From Schmidtea polychroa (taxonomy: Eukaryota), in the NCBI GenBank assembly GCA_044892525.1, contig CM097885.1, positions 44,208,001 to 44,272,000 on the forward strand: a stretch of DNA of 64,000 nt, in the 5' to 3' direction. Below the pieces are notes generated by a model. It made no database searches and was not told where the DNA came from. It saw nothing but the letters and a program-made list of their open reading frames with translations. Positions within the stretch are counted from its first letter, which is position 1. Every line of letters begins with the position of its first letter. Of this stretch, positions 1 to 47,864 are shown piece by piece. Position numbers and translations under genes: made by a program.

Positions 1-305
1 TCGCCAATGTAACCCAGGCAGTCATTATAACACTCGAGTGGGAAATACTACCTCAACCTCCGTATTTTCCGGACTTTGCGCCTTCAGATTTCTACCTCTT
101 TCGGTCACTTTCGAACGCTTTGCATGGAGTTTCTTTCACCAATGATGTGAAATTGCGATGTTTGTTGGACGAGTCTTTCGAATCAAGTCATCGAAAAACT
201 TATTGAGGAATTCGTAAACAACGGCGGAGAATATATTGTTTTTTGTTTTGTTAAAAAGAAATTATTTTAATTAAAAAAACGACAATTACTTATGTTTCGA
301 CACAA
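1..305 (+). mobile_element. Mariner transposon 3' relic (transposase C-terminus and right TIR)
   Basis: Frame from base 3 reads LEWEILPQPPYFPDFAPSDFYLFRSL, matching the mariner WEVLPHPPYSPDLAPSDF motif. It is followed by a TIR-like AAAACGACAATTACTTATGTTTCGACACAA and TA. Confidence 0.85.
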
Positions 306-481
306 TAATTCAAATAAATAATTTAATTATTTCAAAAGTAACGTTAAAGTAAGATTTAAAGTATGTTTTAAATATAAGAAAAACCAATTTATTTAAATTT
401 TTATTATTCTAAAATCTGGGTATTACTTTTCCCCTAAAATTTGTAATGGCTTACATAGCTATTTATCTTAATTATATTTCG

Positions 482-527
<46 letters not shown>

Positions 528-649
528 AATAAAATGATAATTTAAGCCTTTTGCTTAACAAGATTGACAAGATTGACAAGGACTATCGTATAGTCGAAAA
601 TTCTTTCATTAAATACATTATTTGCAGCAAAAGGCTTAAATTATCATTT

Positions 650-704
<55 letters not shown>

Positions 705-1398
705 TTAATAATAAATCAGCGAAATCGGCCGTTTGATCTATTATAGAATTTGATGTAAGAATTTTTGAAGATGCTTCTTATTTTTAACATATAAATAATT
801 ATAATTAGATGAAATTTAAATAAAAAAAAGTTTCAGAACTTTTAAGAATAAAAATTAAAACACAACTATATTTATATTTTGAATTATATTTAAAAAGTTA
901 TTTATTTATTTTGAGTTTAAATTTAAAAGTTTAAATCAATGAAAAGGGAGAAAATTAATTTAAAAGATAAATTAAGAAACACCTGAATTATCTTATCATT
1001 TACTTGTTTAAATAATAATACGGCTATCCCCAATTTACATAGTAGATCGGTTCCTAAGAATTCTATGTAAATCGAAACAATGTGAATGAGAACAAGGATA
1101 TAGTACATTTGGAAAGGATTGGTTTCAACATTATAATAAACTCAAAAATTGAACCTAGAAACCAATGAAAACTGAAATGTTAAGTAAAAAATTGCAAAGT
1201 TTGTAATAAAACCAAAAGAAATTCATAAGTAATTTTATAAAACATAGTGTATTATTGAATTTTAATCATCAGAATTCTTGAATATTGAACAATATTAGTT
1301 AAAATCCTTAAAACCGTGTAAAATCGAAAAAGTGTAAAAAAAGTACTGTGTAAATCGGGAGATAGGTGTAATAGTACTAATAATAATAATAAAAATAC

Positions 1399-35874
<34,476 letters not shown>

Positions 35875-36800
35875 AATTGGAAATATATAATTTATGAAAA
35901 TGAAAAATTCTCTTAAATTAATAACTAATATTTAAAAATATACTAAAATCCTTATTGTATATTTAATGTATTTAAACACATTATTATAAATAATATTTAG
36001 AAAAGTTTAATTGCAATATTTTTTATGAGAACTCTTTACTTTTACTCTTGATATTTTAAATAATTTTAATTGATTCACTAATTAAATTAAAATATAATTG
36101 GAATAATAAAATTACAATATATTTTTCATTTACATAAAATTATATTAAAAATTGATAATTAATAAAAAAGAGTTGATAGATAAAATATTCTAAAATAGAG
36201 AATTTATTTAGTATAATAATGACCCTTTCTGAATTTTTAGATAAATATAAATTGTGTATAAATAAAAATTTGCATTTTTTAAAAGCCTAGATCGTTTTTG
36301 TGAAATTAATTTACTTACAGTAGAAAAATAAAATAAATTCAAGTATAAATGACAATCGAGTTTATTTCGGTTAATATTAAATAAAAATTAAATTTAAGTT
36401 TATACATTCACATATAGTATTTTGTATGATATGAAAAGCGAATGGCTAGATAGTGTTGGGTTATTATTTTTCAAGTTAGTTTTCTCTGACATCTCGTGTT
36501 CATATTTAAACAAATGAATCGAAACCCAACACATAATAACTTTATTAAACTTTTACAATTTGTCACTAAATTTGCGCCTTCCTCTCTGAATAAATATCGC
36601 TCGATAAGGTAGACAACCCAAGGGGTAATCACCTTTTCAAGTAAGAAAATTAAACTTTACTTTTTATCTCCGGATTTCTTCTTTCAATCGCTGACTGCCA
36701 ATATTCGCCAAATTTCTCTATTGTTTTTTCTATCAACTGGCGGTTTGTCTGTATTTGAGCTCCATTTTTATACTTTTTCTGAAAGGGCAATTTTATACAG

Positions 36801-37201
36801 CAGACCTGTCCAAACCGCGGCCCGCGGGCCGCTTGCGGCCCGCGAACTTCTCTATAATTTGATACCATCTTGACAATATCTATATCTAATATCAAATATT
36901 TACCATATAATATTTCTTAAACATTAGTACAATTAATTGTTAACATAATATCATTTTTTAATTTTGGTGTGCGGTCCTAAGACAGGCCGTGCAGACACAA
37001 ATATCCAATGAATTCAAAACAAGCGCCAGAGTATACATTAGTAACAACTGAAGGTTTTGAGTCCAAAATTTTCCGTACAGGCAGGCGTTTTGCTATCCTT
37101 AGCCATTTATTTTAGATAAAAATTCTTTGCATTGTGTGCGGCCCCCGAATAGTTTTTTTTTGCATTGCGGCCCTCTGGTTTCTCGAGGTTGGACAGCCCT
37201 G
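36801..37201. mobile_element. hAT (Buster/Charlie-type) MITE
   Basis: TIR CAGACCTGTCCAAAC / GGTTGGACAGCCCTG; GCGGCCC subterminal repeats; TSD TTATACAG / ATATACAG. Confidence 0.85.
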
Positions 37202-37702
37202 ATATACAGAATTAGGATTATTGCAATTAATTCTCTTCCGGGAATCTTAGGTAAACAGTTTGGGGATTTTTAAAATGCTTAAATTTGTTTGTCCCAAATT
37301 AGCACTCTTTTAATTTGAGAATATTTGATATATATTTACTTTTCAAGTCTTCAAACTTGTAATTTGATTTACTTTTAATTAAATTTTGTTTAATTGAAGT
37401 CACATTTTATGTACTCTTTAATTCCTGATTAATTTACATTATCACATTTTTATAAGACTTCAATAAATGCATTAATAAATCATTGTAATGAAAATTGCTA
37501 TTATGAGGTAATCTTTATTTATTTGTCCCCTTAATTATACAAATAATCAAATATAACGATAATAACTAGATATTTACTTAATATATAAAATTATATTACA
37601 ATAAATTGCTAATATTACGATAAAAATAAAAATATATCTTAAAGCAATTTGAAGAATAAATAAATTTTAATAGATAATATTCATAGCCGAAAACAAATTC
37701 AA

Positions 37703-39634
37703 CTATTTTTGCCGTTTATTTTTGGTAGGAGACCTAAATTCGAAAGGATTTGTATCGGTTACAACGTTTTCAAATAACTTCACGGCCTGTTTTACATTTC
37801 CACCACGGAAATGATGGACTAGCAACGATTCGGATTTTGTTTCAATGAACGCATTTTTATTAGTTTGTTGAGTCACCTTTTCATTCGTATGCAACTCAAC
37901 CGAACTAAAAGAATCGTCGAGATCTTTATTTAAGTCTTTCACATCGTCCTGAATTATTACACTTTTCGATGTAAAATCGTCATTCTTGTCTCTATTGTCT
38001 ATTGTATTGTTCATATTTTTTTCCTCAATATTTTTGTTTTTATCCATATTTTCAATTGAATTGTTTTTAGAGTCAATGCCATTATTTTCTTTGCTCCTTT
38101 GAAAAATAAATGGAAAATCAAGATCGAGATTGGAAAATGGATTAGAAACCGACGGATCGTTTATTTGAAATATTTTGTTTGAAGTTTTACTGTTAGAATT
38201 TGTGTAACTTTCATCCTCATTGTCGTTTTCGGCTGCATTATGTTTGCCGAATGTATTCAGGATGTTTCTTTTAAGATTTCGGTTTTTAGATCTTTTACTT
38301 CTGTTAAAAAGATTAGAATCAAAATCCGTATCGGTGTCTTCAGTCTTCATGTTGAAAGAAAATGGAACATCTTTATCATCAGTAAAGATTTTGGTGAATT
38401 TAGAACCGGAAATCTCTCTTAAATTTTGCAAAGAATATTTGGATTTATAATTTCGATTAATATTGAAATTTTCAGTTAAATTTGAGTCGTCACTTGATGA
38501 AATTAATGGTTTTCTTAAGTGAATAGACGAATCTGAATTAGGAACAATATTAGACGTGGTAGGGGTATCATTTGAACTCAAGTTGTTGTACGGCCATATA
38601 AAAGGAAGCGGGTCTGTAGAATTATTTAATAAATCATCTTGGTGGATATTATCCCCCGAACTTTGTAAGATGAAATTTTGTCGATTTCGACTGGGAAACG
38701 CTTCATTTACATTTTCTTCGTTTTGCGTTGTTTGAATTGGTGGAAAATTTTGAGGCAGTGCATTGGAAGTTATGTCGACCTCTTCACTTGCCAAAATTGA
38801 CTGAGTCGACTCATTTCCCTCAAAACTAACAGTGTTATCTAAAAATTTTGTTATGTCACTTTGTAAAGATTCGAATTTAAACAAAATTTTGTCTTGAATT
38901 ATCGAATCTGGGTGAAAATCAATATTTTCTAATTGATTTATTGGTGGCAATTCTTTGATTTTTGTGTCAATGGCGCGCAATTCATCGTTAATTCTTTCCA
39001 AATTAATTGATGAGAATTTCGTTATTGAAGGTTCATTAGAAACGGTTTTAGTAACTGATTGGTCTTTTGAATGACGAAATGGAACGGCTTTTTTCAGTTT
39101 AAATGTTCCGATATGATTCGAAGAGTCCGTTGATTGCAACGAAGTTGAAGAATTTGAATCGTTTCCACTATCTTCCTCCGAATCTACACTGTTATTAGAA
39201 GAGCAATTATTAGTGAAACTTTGGTTAACAGGATTAATCTTTGTAGGATTAGTTTCTGCATTTTGATTACTGGAATCTAATTTAAGAGTTTCATCAATAA
39301 CATCTTGAAGTATTTCATTATTATCATTGAATGGATTTTCCCTAGGGGATTTATACATAATTGTTTCAGATTCTTCTCTTTTTGAATTAGATAAGTTGTC
39401 ATTTGTTATATTATTGCTCTCAAAGGAATTACTATTTTCTTTAACGTTTGTTTTAAAATTTCTTTCATCTTCACTCGTTATTTCAGTGATTAAAATCGAC
39501 GGTTTTACCAAACCTGGTGTTGCATGCGGAGATTGAAATACATTATACAAGGGGTACTGGGGATACATGTAGTGGAAAAGTTCTTCATGTGCAGTCTTGT
39601 ATGGAGATTGCATATCTGGATTTTCAATTGTCTC
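37703..39634 (-). CDS. Large terminal exon of an unidentified Asn/Ser/Asp-rich, probably disordered protein
   Basis: About 1.9-kb open frame in AT-rich DNA, preceded by acceptor-like TTTTATAG; C-terminal FRGGNVKQAVKLFE. Upstream exons not resolved. Confidence 0.75.
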   Translation of the reverse strand, partial: ETIENPDMQSPYKTAHEELFHYMYPQYPLYNVFQSPHATPGLVKPSILITEITSEDERNFKTNVKENSNSFESNNITNDNLSNSKREESETIMYKSPRENPFNDNNEILQDVIDETLKLDSSNQNAETNPTKINPVNQSFTNNCSSNNSVDSEEDSGNDSNSSTSLQSTDSSNHIGTFKLKKAVPFRHSKDQSVTKTVSNEPSITKFSSINLERINDELRAIDTKIKELPPINQLENIDFHPDSIIQDKILFKFESLQSDITKFLDNTVSFEGNESTQSILASEEVDITSNALPQNFPPIQTTQNEENVNEAFPSRNRQNFILQSSGDNIHQDDLLNNSTDPLPFIWPYNNLSSNDTPTTSNIVPNSDSSIHLRKPLISSSDDSNLTENFNINRNYKSKYSLQNLREISGSKFTKIFTDDKDVPFSFNMKTEDTDTDFDSNLFNRSKRSKNRNLKRNILNTFGKHNAAENDNEDESYTNSNSKTSNKIFQINDPSVSNPFSNLDLDFPFIFQRSKENNGIDSKNNSIENMDKNKNIEEKNMNNTIDNRDKNDDFTSKSVIIQDDVKDLNKDLDDSFSSVELHTNEKVTQQTNKNAFIETKSESLLVHHFRGGNVKQAVKLFENVVTDTNPFEFRSPTKNKRQK

Positions 39635-40199
39635 TATAAAATATATTTTCAATTAAAAGTTTTCATAATTTTGAATAGTTTATTTCGCTTTCTTAAATAA
39701 TTTTATAAAGGATTATTTATAAAAAAGTGAATTTGTATTTTAACCATTTCAGGACAGCTGTTTATTCCTGTTGATTACGTATCAACAAATTATTTCTGAA
39801 CTGGTTTCTGATTTCTGGTAATAATCATAGTAAAATGTTTGTTGTCTAAAAATGTGAATGTAATTGTTTGTACATTTTCTAAGTGGTTTACATTTGGGTG
39901 AAGGCCATTTTATGTGTATGAGTGAAAATGTAAATAAATTTTTGATTCTACTATCAAAAAGTTAAATAAAACTTCATTAATTATTTATAATAATTTATTA
40001 ATAATTATTAATATTAATAATTATTTATTATCCTTAGCTAAAAATGAGAATTATTAAAATAAAAATTTTCTTTAAATTAATTTTAAAATATTAAATAAAA
40101 ATTATAAGAAAGCGCCACTCAAACGTAAATTATTTTTAAAATTTTAGCAATTAGAAAACAATTTAAAAATATTGAAATTCAAAATTATCCAGTTTAATA

Positions 40200-40708
40200 A
40201 TTTAATTTAATAACAACAATCCATATATATTCACTGTATTTTGCACGTTAATTTTCGTATCTAATGACTTTATCAATAACGCTTCAAAAATGTTATCTCC
40301 GATTTCCAATTCATGAATAATTTCTACTTTTTCTTGAATTGAGAGGATCTTTCTTTTGTTTGCACCCATGTTCACAGAAGTTGATTTGAGAATATAATAA
40401 AATAGCACAATTGTTTAAAATTTTAATTTAATCCTAAGATTAAATTGTTGAGATTGAATAAAAAATACTTATATTTTTTGTGTTTAACAACAAAATTGAT
40501 GTATTAATTAATATTTTAATTTGAACTATTAAATCGAAAATTAAAAAACATCTTAATTTGGAATATTTTTTTAAATAAAAAAATGTGTTCGTTGTAATCG
40601 GTTTTAGTTCATTGTAAGCAGGAAAATCCTATGTTAAAACAGCTTGAACCAAACCAAGATTTTCTTTGTTCGCTATAAGCAGCAGTACGTAATAACCGAG
40701 TTCGACTG
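40200..40708 (-). mobile_element. pogo/Tigger-type transposon relic
   Basis: Terminus TA-CAGTCGAACTCGG on the minus strand; the fragment MGANKRKILSIQEKVEIIHELEIG is a CENP-B-type HTH start. Confidence 0.7.
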
Positions 40709-40799
40709 TATATTCGAAATAGATATTATTTCACATTATTATTTCACAAAGTTTAAAATTATATACTTTATTTTATGTAATCATTTAATAAATATAAAC

Positions 40800-43435
40800 C
40801 AGGGCTGGCAAAAGCGTCGACCGCGTAGCTATCGAAAGTAGCCCGCTAGCACTATGGAAAATTGCATATAAAAATCAGTTTTTTATTTATTGAATTTCTA
40901 ACTTTATAAACATATTTAAAATAAGTTTCGATTCATATGACAAAAAAATTCCAATAAGAAACATAATATTAGTCAGATAACACTCAGAGTGTAGTAAATT
41001 TTTAGTTTGAAATTCAAATATATACAGTTAGCTAATAATCAGAATAAATTTCATGTGTTTGAACAAGTAGGCCATAAAATAATAGCAAAACATTGACGCT
41101 ACAATCTTCGATAAGGAATAAAAAAATAAAAAACAACCAAAATAAAATACAACAAACGTGTGTTTGTCTATTTCAATTTTGAAATCAAATTGTTTTCGTT
41201 AGAAAAATTTGAAAGCTTGAAGTATTCAGTATTGAATAATACCTGCTTATAATATTAATTTCAAAATTTTTTTATTAAAAAAAATTCTTTATAAAAGTTA
41301 ACATTTTTAATTTTTGAGTATGTAAGTGTGTTTAACATTAATTTTCATATTAAATTTATTTTAGCTTTTATTATTTTCTTGTTTTAGCCCCAATGACACA
41401 ACCGGCCAAAAAAACTAAAACGTACCATTATAATACTGAATGGGAACAGGAATTTTTTTTCATAATGATGAAAGATAAGTGTGTTTGTCTCATTTGTAAT
41501 TCAAACGTAGCACTACCTAAAAGAGCTAACGTTGAACGACATTTTCGAACAGTGCACAAACAGTATGAAATTGACTTTCCATTACATTCCGAGGTACGAA
41601 AAGACAAAGTCAAGCAGTTAAAGTCTCAATTAGGTGCACAACAAACTTTTTTTACGAAATTTAACTCAAAATCAAAAACAGCTACCCTAGCATCATTCAA
41701 GGTAGTTAATATTTTGATGAAACATAAAAAACCTTTTGGAGATGGCGAAATATGGAAACAGGCGTTTGTTGAAGCTGGTGAGGTGTTATTCAAAGATTTT
41801 AAAAATAAATCCGAAATAATGGATTGTATCAACAATATGTCATTGACGCGCAATACTAGCACGCAAAGAATGGTGGACATTAGCAAAAACTTGGAAGATA
41901 TTTTGCGGCAAGATATTCGAAAATGCCGCTTTTTCTCTTTGCAATTTGATGAATCTACAGATTTCACTGATACTGCGCAACTATGCATCTTCATTCGAAT
42001 GGTTTTTGATGATATGTCAACCAGAGAAGAATTATTGACTATTCTTCCAATGAAAGGACAAACAAGGGGTCAAAATATTTACAATTTATTCAAGTCTTTT
42101 ATAAGTCGCACCCATTTCCCGATTCACAAGTTGGTATCAATTACCACGGATGGAGCTCCGTCTATGATCGGAAAACATGTCGGATTTGTAACACTTTGCA
42201 AAAATGATGAAGAAATTCCCAGTTTTCATTCGTATCATTGCATTATCCACCAGCAAACCTTATGCTCCAAAGTGTTGAACTCTAACTATGTAATGAATAT
42301 TGCGTTTAAAATAGTAAATTCGATACGTGCAAGAAGTCTACAACGACGTCAATTTCGAACTTTGCTTGAACAATGTGAAATTGAAAATACTGAATTATTG
42401 TTACACACGGATGTAAGATGGCTTAGCCGTGCAGCATTTTTAAAACGATTTAGAGATCTTTTGCCCGGAATAAAACAGTTTTTGACTGGAAGAGAAGAAT
42501 TATATCCCGAACTGGAGGATAAAAGTTGGCTGATAAATCTTGCTTTTCTTTGCGACATTACAGAGCACCTGAATAAATTAAATTTACAGCTTCAGGGGAG
42601 ACACAAATCAATTCTTGACATGATAACGGCAGTAAAGACGTTTAAAGAGAAACTGTCCTTGTTTGTGCGTCAACTAGAACGGGGTGATTTGAAACATTTT
42701 AAAAACATGGAAGAAGAATCCAAAAATGCGCCAGGAATTCTTTACGATAAATATACAAATCAAATTACTACCCTTTTAAATGAATTTAACACACGTTTCG
42801 CAGATTTATCTAAAATTGCAAATATTGCTATGTTCATGTCATTCCCGTTTAATGATGTTATTGATACAGAGGAGATCGCTACTCAGATTAATGAATTTCT
42901 GGATTCAGATTCAGCTTGCTTAGAAGATGAGATAATAGCGTTGAAAAGCGACATTTACTTAAAATCAAGAGCTACAACCGAAGATAATTTTTGGAATCTT
43001 ATTTCAGAAGAAAAATATCCAATTTTGCGGAGAGTAGTTGGATATATGTCCGCATTTTTTGGATCCACCTATCTTTGTGAATCAGCCTTTTCTTCAATGA
43101 ATGTCATTAAAACAAAACATCGATCTTGTTTGACAGATGATCATTTGGAATCATGCTTGCGGATCGCCATAAGCTCCTATTGCCCGAAATACGAAGAACT
43201 TGCTGATAAGATGCAGTGCCACGTATCAGGTGCAAGTAGTAGCAGTAAATAATATTATATTAAGATATGTTTACGTTCTAGTAAAGTATTATAAGTTTTT
43301 TTCTAATTCGTTTTGTATTTAAATAGAATAAATAGAATAACTACAGGTAACAATTGAAAATAGTTTTTCTGGTAGACCGCCAGATTTAATTTAGTTAAAA
43401 GTCGCCCGCAAGACTTGAAAGTTTTGCCACCCCTG
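40800..43435 (+). mobile_element. Full-length autonomous hAT transposon (Buster/SPIN/GTF2IRD2-like)
   Basis: TIR CAGGGCTGGCAAAA / TTTTGCCACCCCTG (1 mismatch); perfect 8-bp TSD ATATAAAC at 40792-40799 and 43436-43443. Confidence 0.95.
41393..43252 (+). CDS. hAT transposase, 619 aa, intact frame
   Basis: BED-like finger CLIC...RHFRTVH; catalytic motifs LQFDESTD and TTDGA; HCIIHQ, VRWLSR, and GSTYLCESAFS in the dimerisation domain. Confidence 0.95.
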   Translation: MTQPAKKTKTYHYNTEWEQEFFFIMMKDKCVCLICNSNVALPKRANVERHFRTVHKQYEIDFPLHSEVRKDKVKQLKSQLGAQQTFFTKFNSKSKTATLASFKVVNILMKHKKPFGDGEIWKQAFVEAGEVLFKDFKNKSEIMDCINNMSLTRNTSTQRMVDISKNLEDILRQDIRKCRFFSLQFDESTDFTDTAQLCIFIRMVFDDMSTREELLTILPMKGQTRGQNIYNLFKSFISRTHFPIHKLVSITTDGAPSMIGKHVGFVTLCKNDEEIPSFHSYHCIIHQQTLCSKVLNSNYVMNIAFKIVNSIRARSLQRRQFRTLLEQCEIENTELLLHTDVRWLSRAAFLKRFRDLLPGIKQFLTGREELYPELEDKSWLINLAFLCDITEHLNKLNLQLQGRHKSILDMITAVKTFKEKLSLFVRQLERGDLKHFKNMEEESKNAPGILYDKYTNQITTLLNEFNTRFADLSKIANIAMFMSFPFNDVIDTEEIATQINEFLDSDSACLEDEIIALKSDIYLKSRATTEDNFWNLISEEKYPILRRVVGYMSAFFGSTYLCESAFSSMNVIKTKHRSCLTDDHLESCLRIAISSYCPKYEELADKMQCHVSGASSSSK

Positions 43436-44572
43436 ATATAAACTCTAATTAACGGATAACATCAAATAGTATTACTATAATATTTATTAATTTAAAATTT
43501 AATATTATCTTTTATCAAAAATCACGAATTTTTTTCTTTGTTTTCCAAAAATGGAAATGTACTTCGAGTACCGGTCTCACAAAAATATATTTGATTAAAA
43601 ATGGGTTTTTCTTTTTTAGGTAGTGTATGTTTGTTTTATTATAGAAATTGTTAATACTTTTTATATATACGCTTTACTGCCATTTCTGGAATCCACACAA
43701 AACTCCCCTGATATACAATCCCTATAATACAAGTTGGTACGTAGATCAACTTGATGAATAATTTGTTTTCATAAATTACTCGATTTCAGTGATATTATTA
43801 TTTATTTTTCTACTTTTCAGGAAATTATTTATTTTATTTGTGGAAATATTTCAATTTAAAGTAAATTAGATCAGTTATTTATATAAAAAAACAAATTAAT
43901 CTCCGAAAACATGTATGTTTTAAAACATTTCAAGAAAATCTACGAATATGGGCTAAAAATGGAAGTTTTCAATTGTCAATTTCCTAAATTCTGTAATAAT
44001 ATTACATTTTTAAAACTTATAAATAAAATTGAAAATTTATGCTTTCTTGTCGTGATATTAGACATAATCACATTTTAAATTATTACTATCCAAATATTTG
44101 AAAAAAAATGGCATAAGAGGTTTTTAATGAAAATTCAGACAAACCTACTTTGAGTTATTAATAAAATCACATTTCTTTAGGTTTATTTTATAGTTTTAAT
44201 AAATTTAATAATCCTTTAAAGTATTCCAGATATTTCTGAAATTCCGGTGAAAACCTTGCCTTTTTGTGAAGTCGAAGAGATGATTAACCTAGATTTATTC
44301 ATTAAGTTAATTAGTTTAAAGTTTTCACAGCATTTCAAATATTTCTGGAATAATTGGGTCAGGAATTAGTTTAGGAATCTCCAAAAATACAGCATCAAAA
44401 ATATCAAAAGGAAAAAAGTGGTGGCAAATAAAGAGTTTTTGAAGAACACAGAAATAAATTATTAGAATTTCATGAATAAAATTTCCCGAAATTATTAAAA
44501 ATATAATAATTTTTGGGGATTATTTTTGTTTTTTTAATAAATTACAATGTAAATATATCTAACTTACTTTAA

Positions 44573-44789
44573 CCCCTTCAGACACCGTGTGCAGAATTAT
44601 GTACATAGCATTTAAAACCTTATAGATTCCTTATTTAATATATTTTACTTCATCGCCATCTCTCCACGCACCGACCAAAATTCAATAAATATATTATTAT
44701 CATACATGTGTTTCAAGCTTACCATTTTGGCCAATAATTGCTAAAAAAGTTTTTTTTTCTCCATTAACAATAATTCAGGTCTGAAGAGG
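44573..44789. mobile_element. piggyBac-like MITE
   Basis: TIR CCCCTTCAGAC / GTCTGAAGAGG flanked by TTAA on both sides. Confidence 0.75.
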
Positions 44790-45467
44790 TTAATTCGAAA
44801 CCAAACCAAAATTTAATGTGTAACTTCATAAAACTGCTGAAAATGTAATTAAAAATAAATTAAATTAAAAAGGGTTCATAAAAGTAATATTTATGAGCTT
44901 GAATTATTATGGGATCGTTATGGGATCACAATTCAAGCTCTAAAATACACGTTTTTTACTTGGCAGCCATTTTTAAAAATGGGTTCAAAAGTTCATAAAT
45001 ACTAAAAATAATAACAAAAATGATGACTAATACAGTTGGTTTACATACCAACTTGTATTATTGGTGTTTATTACTCTGATAAAACATGTGTAGAGTGTAC
45101 CTTATTGCACTTGCAAAGATTAACATCAAAATGACTGTTTTAATACTATAACGTTATTGATTTTTTCTTATATTATAGATGTATCTCAGTGTAGCTTAAT
45201 GCAAAACAAATTGGCAGGTGTAACTGCTAATAAATCTTTAGCACATAGATGAGTTTGTTTGTATCTTATTACATAATTATTCTTTTTATATTATTCCATG
45301 ACTTTATTCCATGCAAACAGGTGTATTTCCAAATTCGGATTCATAGATTATATTTTACTCACTGAAAAAATTAATTACAGTGAACGTTGGTTGTAATTTA
45401 TAAAAAACACTAATTAAAGTTAGTCGACCTTTGAAAGGTTACAAAAGTTAAAAATAACCAGTCAACG

Positions 45468-45830
45468 CTAACCATTTAAACCCTTATTTTCGGAGATATC
45501 GTCCTTTTCGAAAGATTGATTCATTTTATCGCAACTCGAGACTCTTGGACTTTCCTCTGTTGAATTATGAATTTCATTATTTTGTTGCATAACTGGTTTT
45601 AATATGAAGTATTCATGATCACTACTGATCGCATGGTTAAGTAACTCCATTTCCCCATCGTCTGGAGAATTTTCCCTTTTCTTTCGCCAGTTTCTTCTAA
45701 CAAATATAACCAGTAGACATAGGAAAACAAAACCAAATCCAGTTATAGATAAAATAAGAAGAAGGTAATCAATTTGTAAAAATTGAGATTCAATTTTAGA
45801 ATTCTGTTTGAGATTACTAAGGGCTGTCAT
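45468..45830 (-). CDS. Single-pass membrane protein (terminal exon or small ORF), unknown family
   Basis: Hydrophobic YLLLILSITGFGFVFLCLLVIFV followed by basic RRNWRKKR and a polar tail. Confidence 0.55.
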   Translation of the reverse strand: MTALSNLKQNSKIESQFLQIDYLLLILSITGFGFVFLCLLVIFVRRNWRKKRENSPDDGEMELLNHAISSDHEYFILKPVMQQNNEIHNSTEESPRVSSCDKMNQSFEKDDISENKGLNG

Positions 45831-46120
45831 TTCCGCCCAATGCCATTCACCGTATTTTTTTAATAAATAAAAAATAATTTCTCATTTCTATATTTATGAT
45901 TTATAATTGATTACAATTTAAAGTTATTGAGTAATTTAATTAATCCTTGAAAATTAACAACTGATAAAGAGTATGTCAAAAATTTGGGTTACGAAAATTT
46001 GAGGTTATCATACGGAATATTATTAATTTGTTGTCATCTAATTGGAGAAAAAAGAAAATTATTTATTATTGATATTCCAAAAAATATAACAAATGATAAA
46101 ATAAACTAAAATGACTGTTA

Positions 46121-47075
46121 TGTGTTGAGGATACCTAAATGATAAACAGCTTAATAAATAAATAATCTGGGGAGAGATCGTCAAGACAAACGGGATGATC
46201 TATAGAACTCAAAGAAGAAAACGGAAGTAAAAAGAAATGAAAGATGAGAAAGAAAAATCAAATAAAAGAAAACAAACAAGAAATTAAAACAATGGGGTCA
46301 AATTAGCCGAAAAGTAATTAAAGTAGAGCAAACTATCAAAAAATGAATAAATTTACCAAACCAATTAGGTCAGTAAGAGGAAGCCCGGGGAAAAGTATCC
46401 AAAGCAATTTGATAAGGGAGATAATAAAAACAAATTAAAATGTACAAACGAAGGGGGAATTTCAGATTGCAGAAAAACAAAATATGGGGAAAGCCGTATC
46501 TTGACAGCTTGTCAAAGATATGGAAAAGGCAGGGAAAGTCGGCATAACATGAAAAGTAAAAAACAAGGCATATCTCGACATCTGTCAGAGATAAGGCTGG
46601 TGTAGCGGGGAATTTAGAGGAAAATGAAAATGGAAAACAAAATCTGTCTTTAGTGCCACAAATATAGCAGACGAAATAGAGACAAAAATTTAGACGATAA
46701 GTTAGACAGAGGCGGACGAAATGTTATTGGAGAAACGATTTGTGAAGAATAATTGTTGCAGAAGATTTGAAGAAAAGAATTAGTTGAAAAAATTAAACGA
46801 AAAGAAGATACTTGAATATTTGAAAACCAGTTTAAAGTCCCAGTTGATAAACCAATCATTAATTAGTGATCTTTCAATCCGGTGTTATACACAAGTGCTA
46901 TTCCTCACTGAGTGTTGTAATAAGCATTGTATAGTCACTAAGCAGAGTGTTGAATTGATTGTCAGTGTAAAGTGAAAGTTATTTTTGATTACCAATAAAG
47001 ATTTTTGTTGTCAAGTGTTATTTGTGGATCAGTCAAAAACACTTTTAATTTTATCACCAACCCAATAACCCAACA
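46121..47075 (+). mobile_element. Probable solo LTR
   Basis: TG...CA ends, GTTA on both flanks, purine-rich body and AATAAA near 46993. About 130 bp (46297-46430) are nearly identical to about 55573-55701. Confidence 0.55.
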
Positions 47076-47864
47076 GTTACAAAGAATAATAATTTAAAAT
47101 TATTAAGAATTAAGTTTAATTTATTAGTGCAAAATAAACTGTTAATAAAGAGAAAGTTTTAGGCAATCACTTTGACAATTTTTTTGGGATAAGTTCACAT
47201 AATTAGTATTTGAAGAAGAGTTTCCATTCATACGAATAAGTGATTGTATTGTTGAGTTAATATTACTATTCGGTCGGGAAAAGCATGTTATCCAACTTCA
47301 CATGATCTTGATCAAAATGAGAAATTCAACACAGTAAGGTTTTTTATTGCTTAATCACAACTGTTTCGATTTTCATTAACAAGTATAAGACCTCATAATA
47401 AATCAGATTAACCTTCAAGTTGAACGAAAAATACTTCTCTAAATGTCATTTTTTTCATTTTTGCTTTTTTGTTTAATCGTTTCTTCTATTTTCTTCCTTA
47501 GACTGTAATGGCAATTACATAACATTTGGTTGGTTACGATTTGGGAAAATCTGTCGCATTCACACAGACTGGTATCCCTCCTTAATTACCTCAATACTTA
47601 ATTCTGCCCTTTTCCATTCACAACTCTGCAATAACAGTTGTTTACCACTAAGTTTCTGTCACAATTGACCTTGGTACTAGGATAATTTGAGTCCAAATTA
47701 AAGGACAGCAAATACCCCGATGTGCTCTGTGTTCACGGGCTTACCATAGAATTTAGTAGTTCTTCATAATAGAGGAGTATCTAAGTTCGATAGGTTTTTA
47801 TAAAAAGTCAACTTATGTGGTGATGGTTTGGTTTCTACGAACTCCACCTACCAAATATACATAA

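Noticed and set aside
920..1155. Final exon or P3 motif of the netrin receptor
   Set aside because: Candidate acceptors exist, but no DCC P3-like motif is recognisable; the 3' end is left unresolved.
36540..36895. Possible upstream coding exons of the receptor
   Set aside because: The ORF starts inside a MITE, has no Ig or signal features, and the receptor start is already explained at 35874.
41428..42558. Minus-strand ORFs within the hAT transposase
   Set aside because: Antisense shadows of a real coding frame with no recognisable motifs; the same applies to plus-strand ORFs inside 37703-39652 and to 62066-62281, 62696-63025 and 63370-63561.
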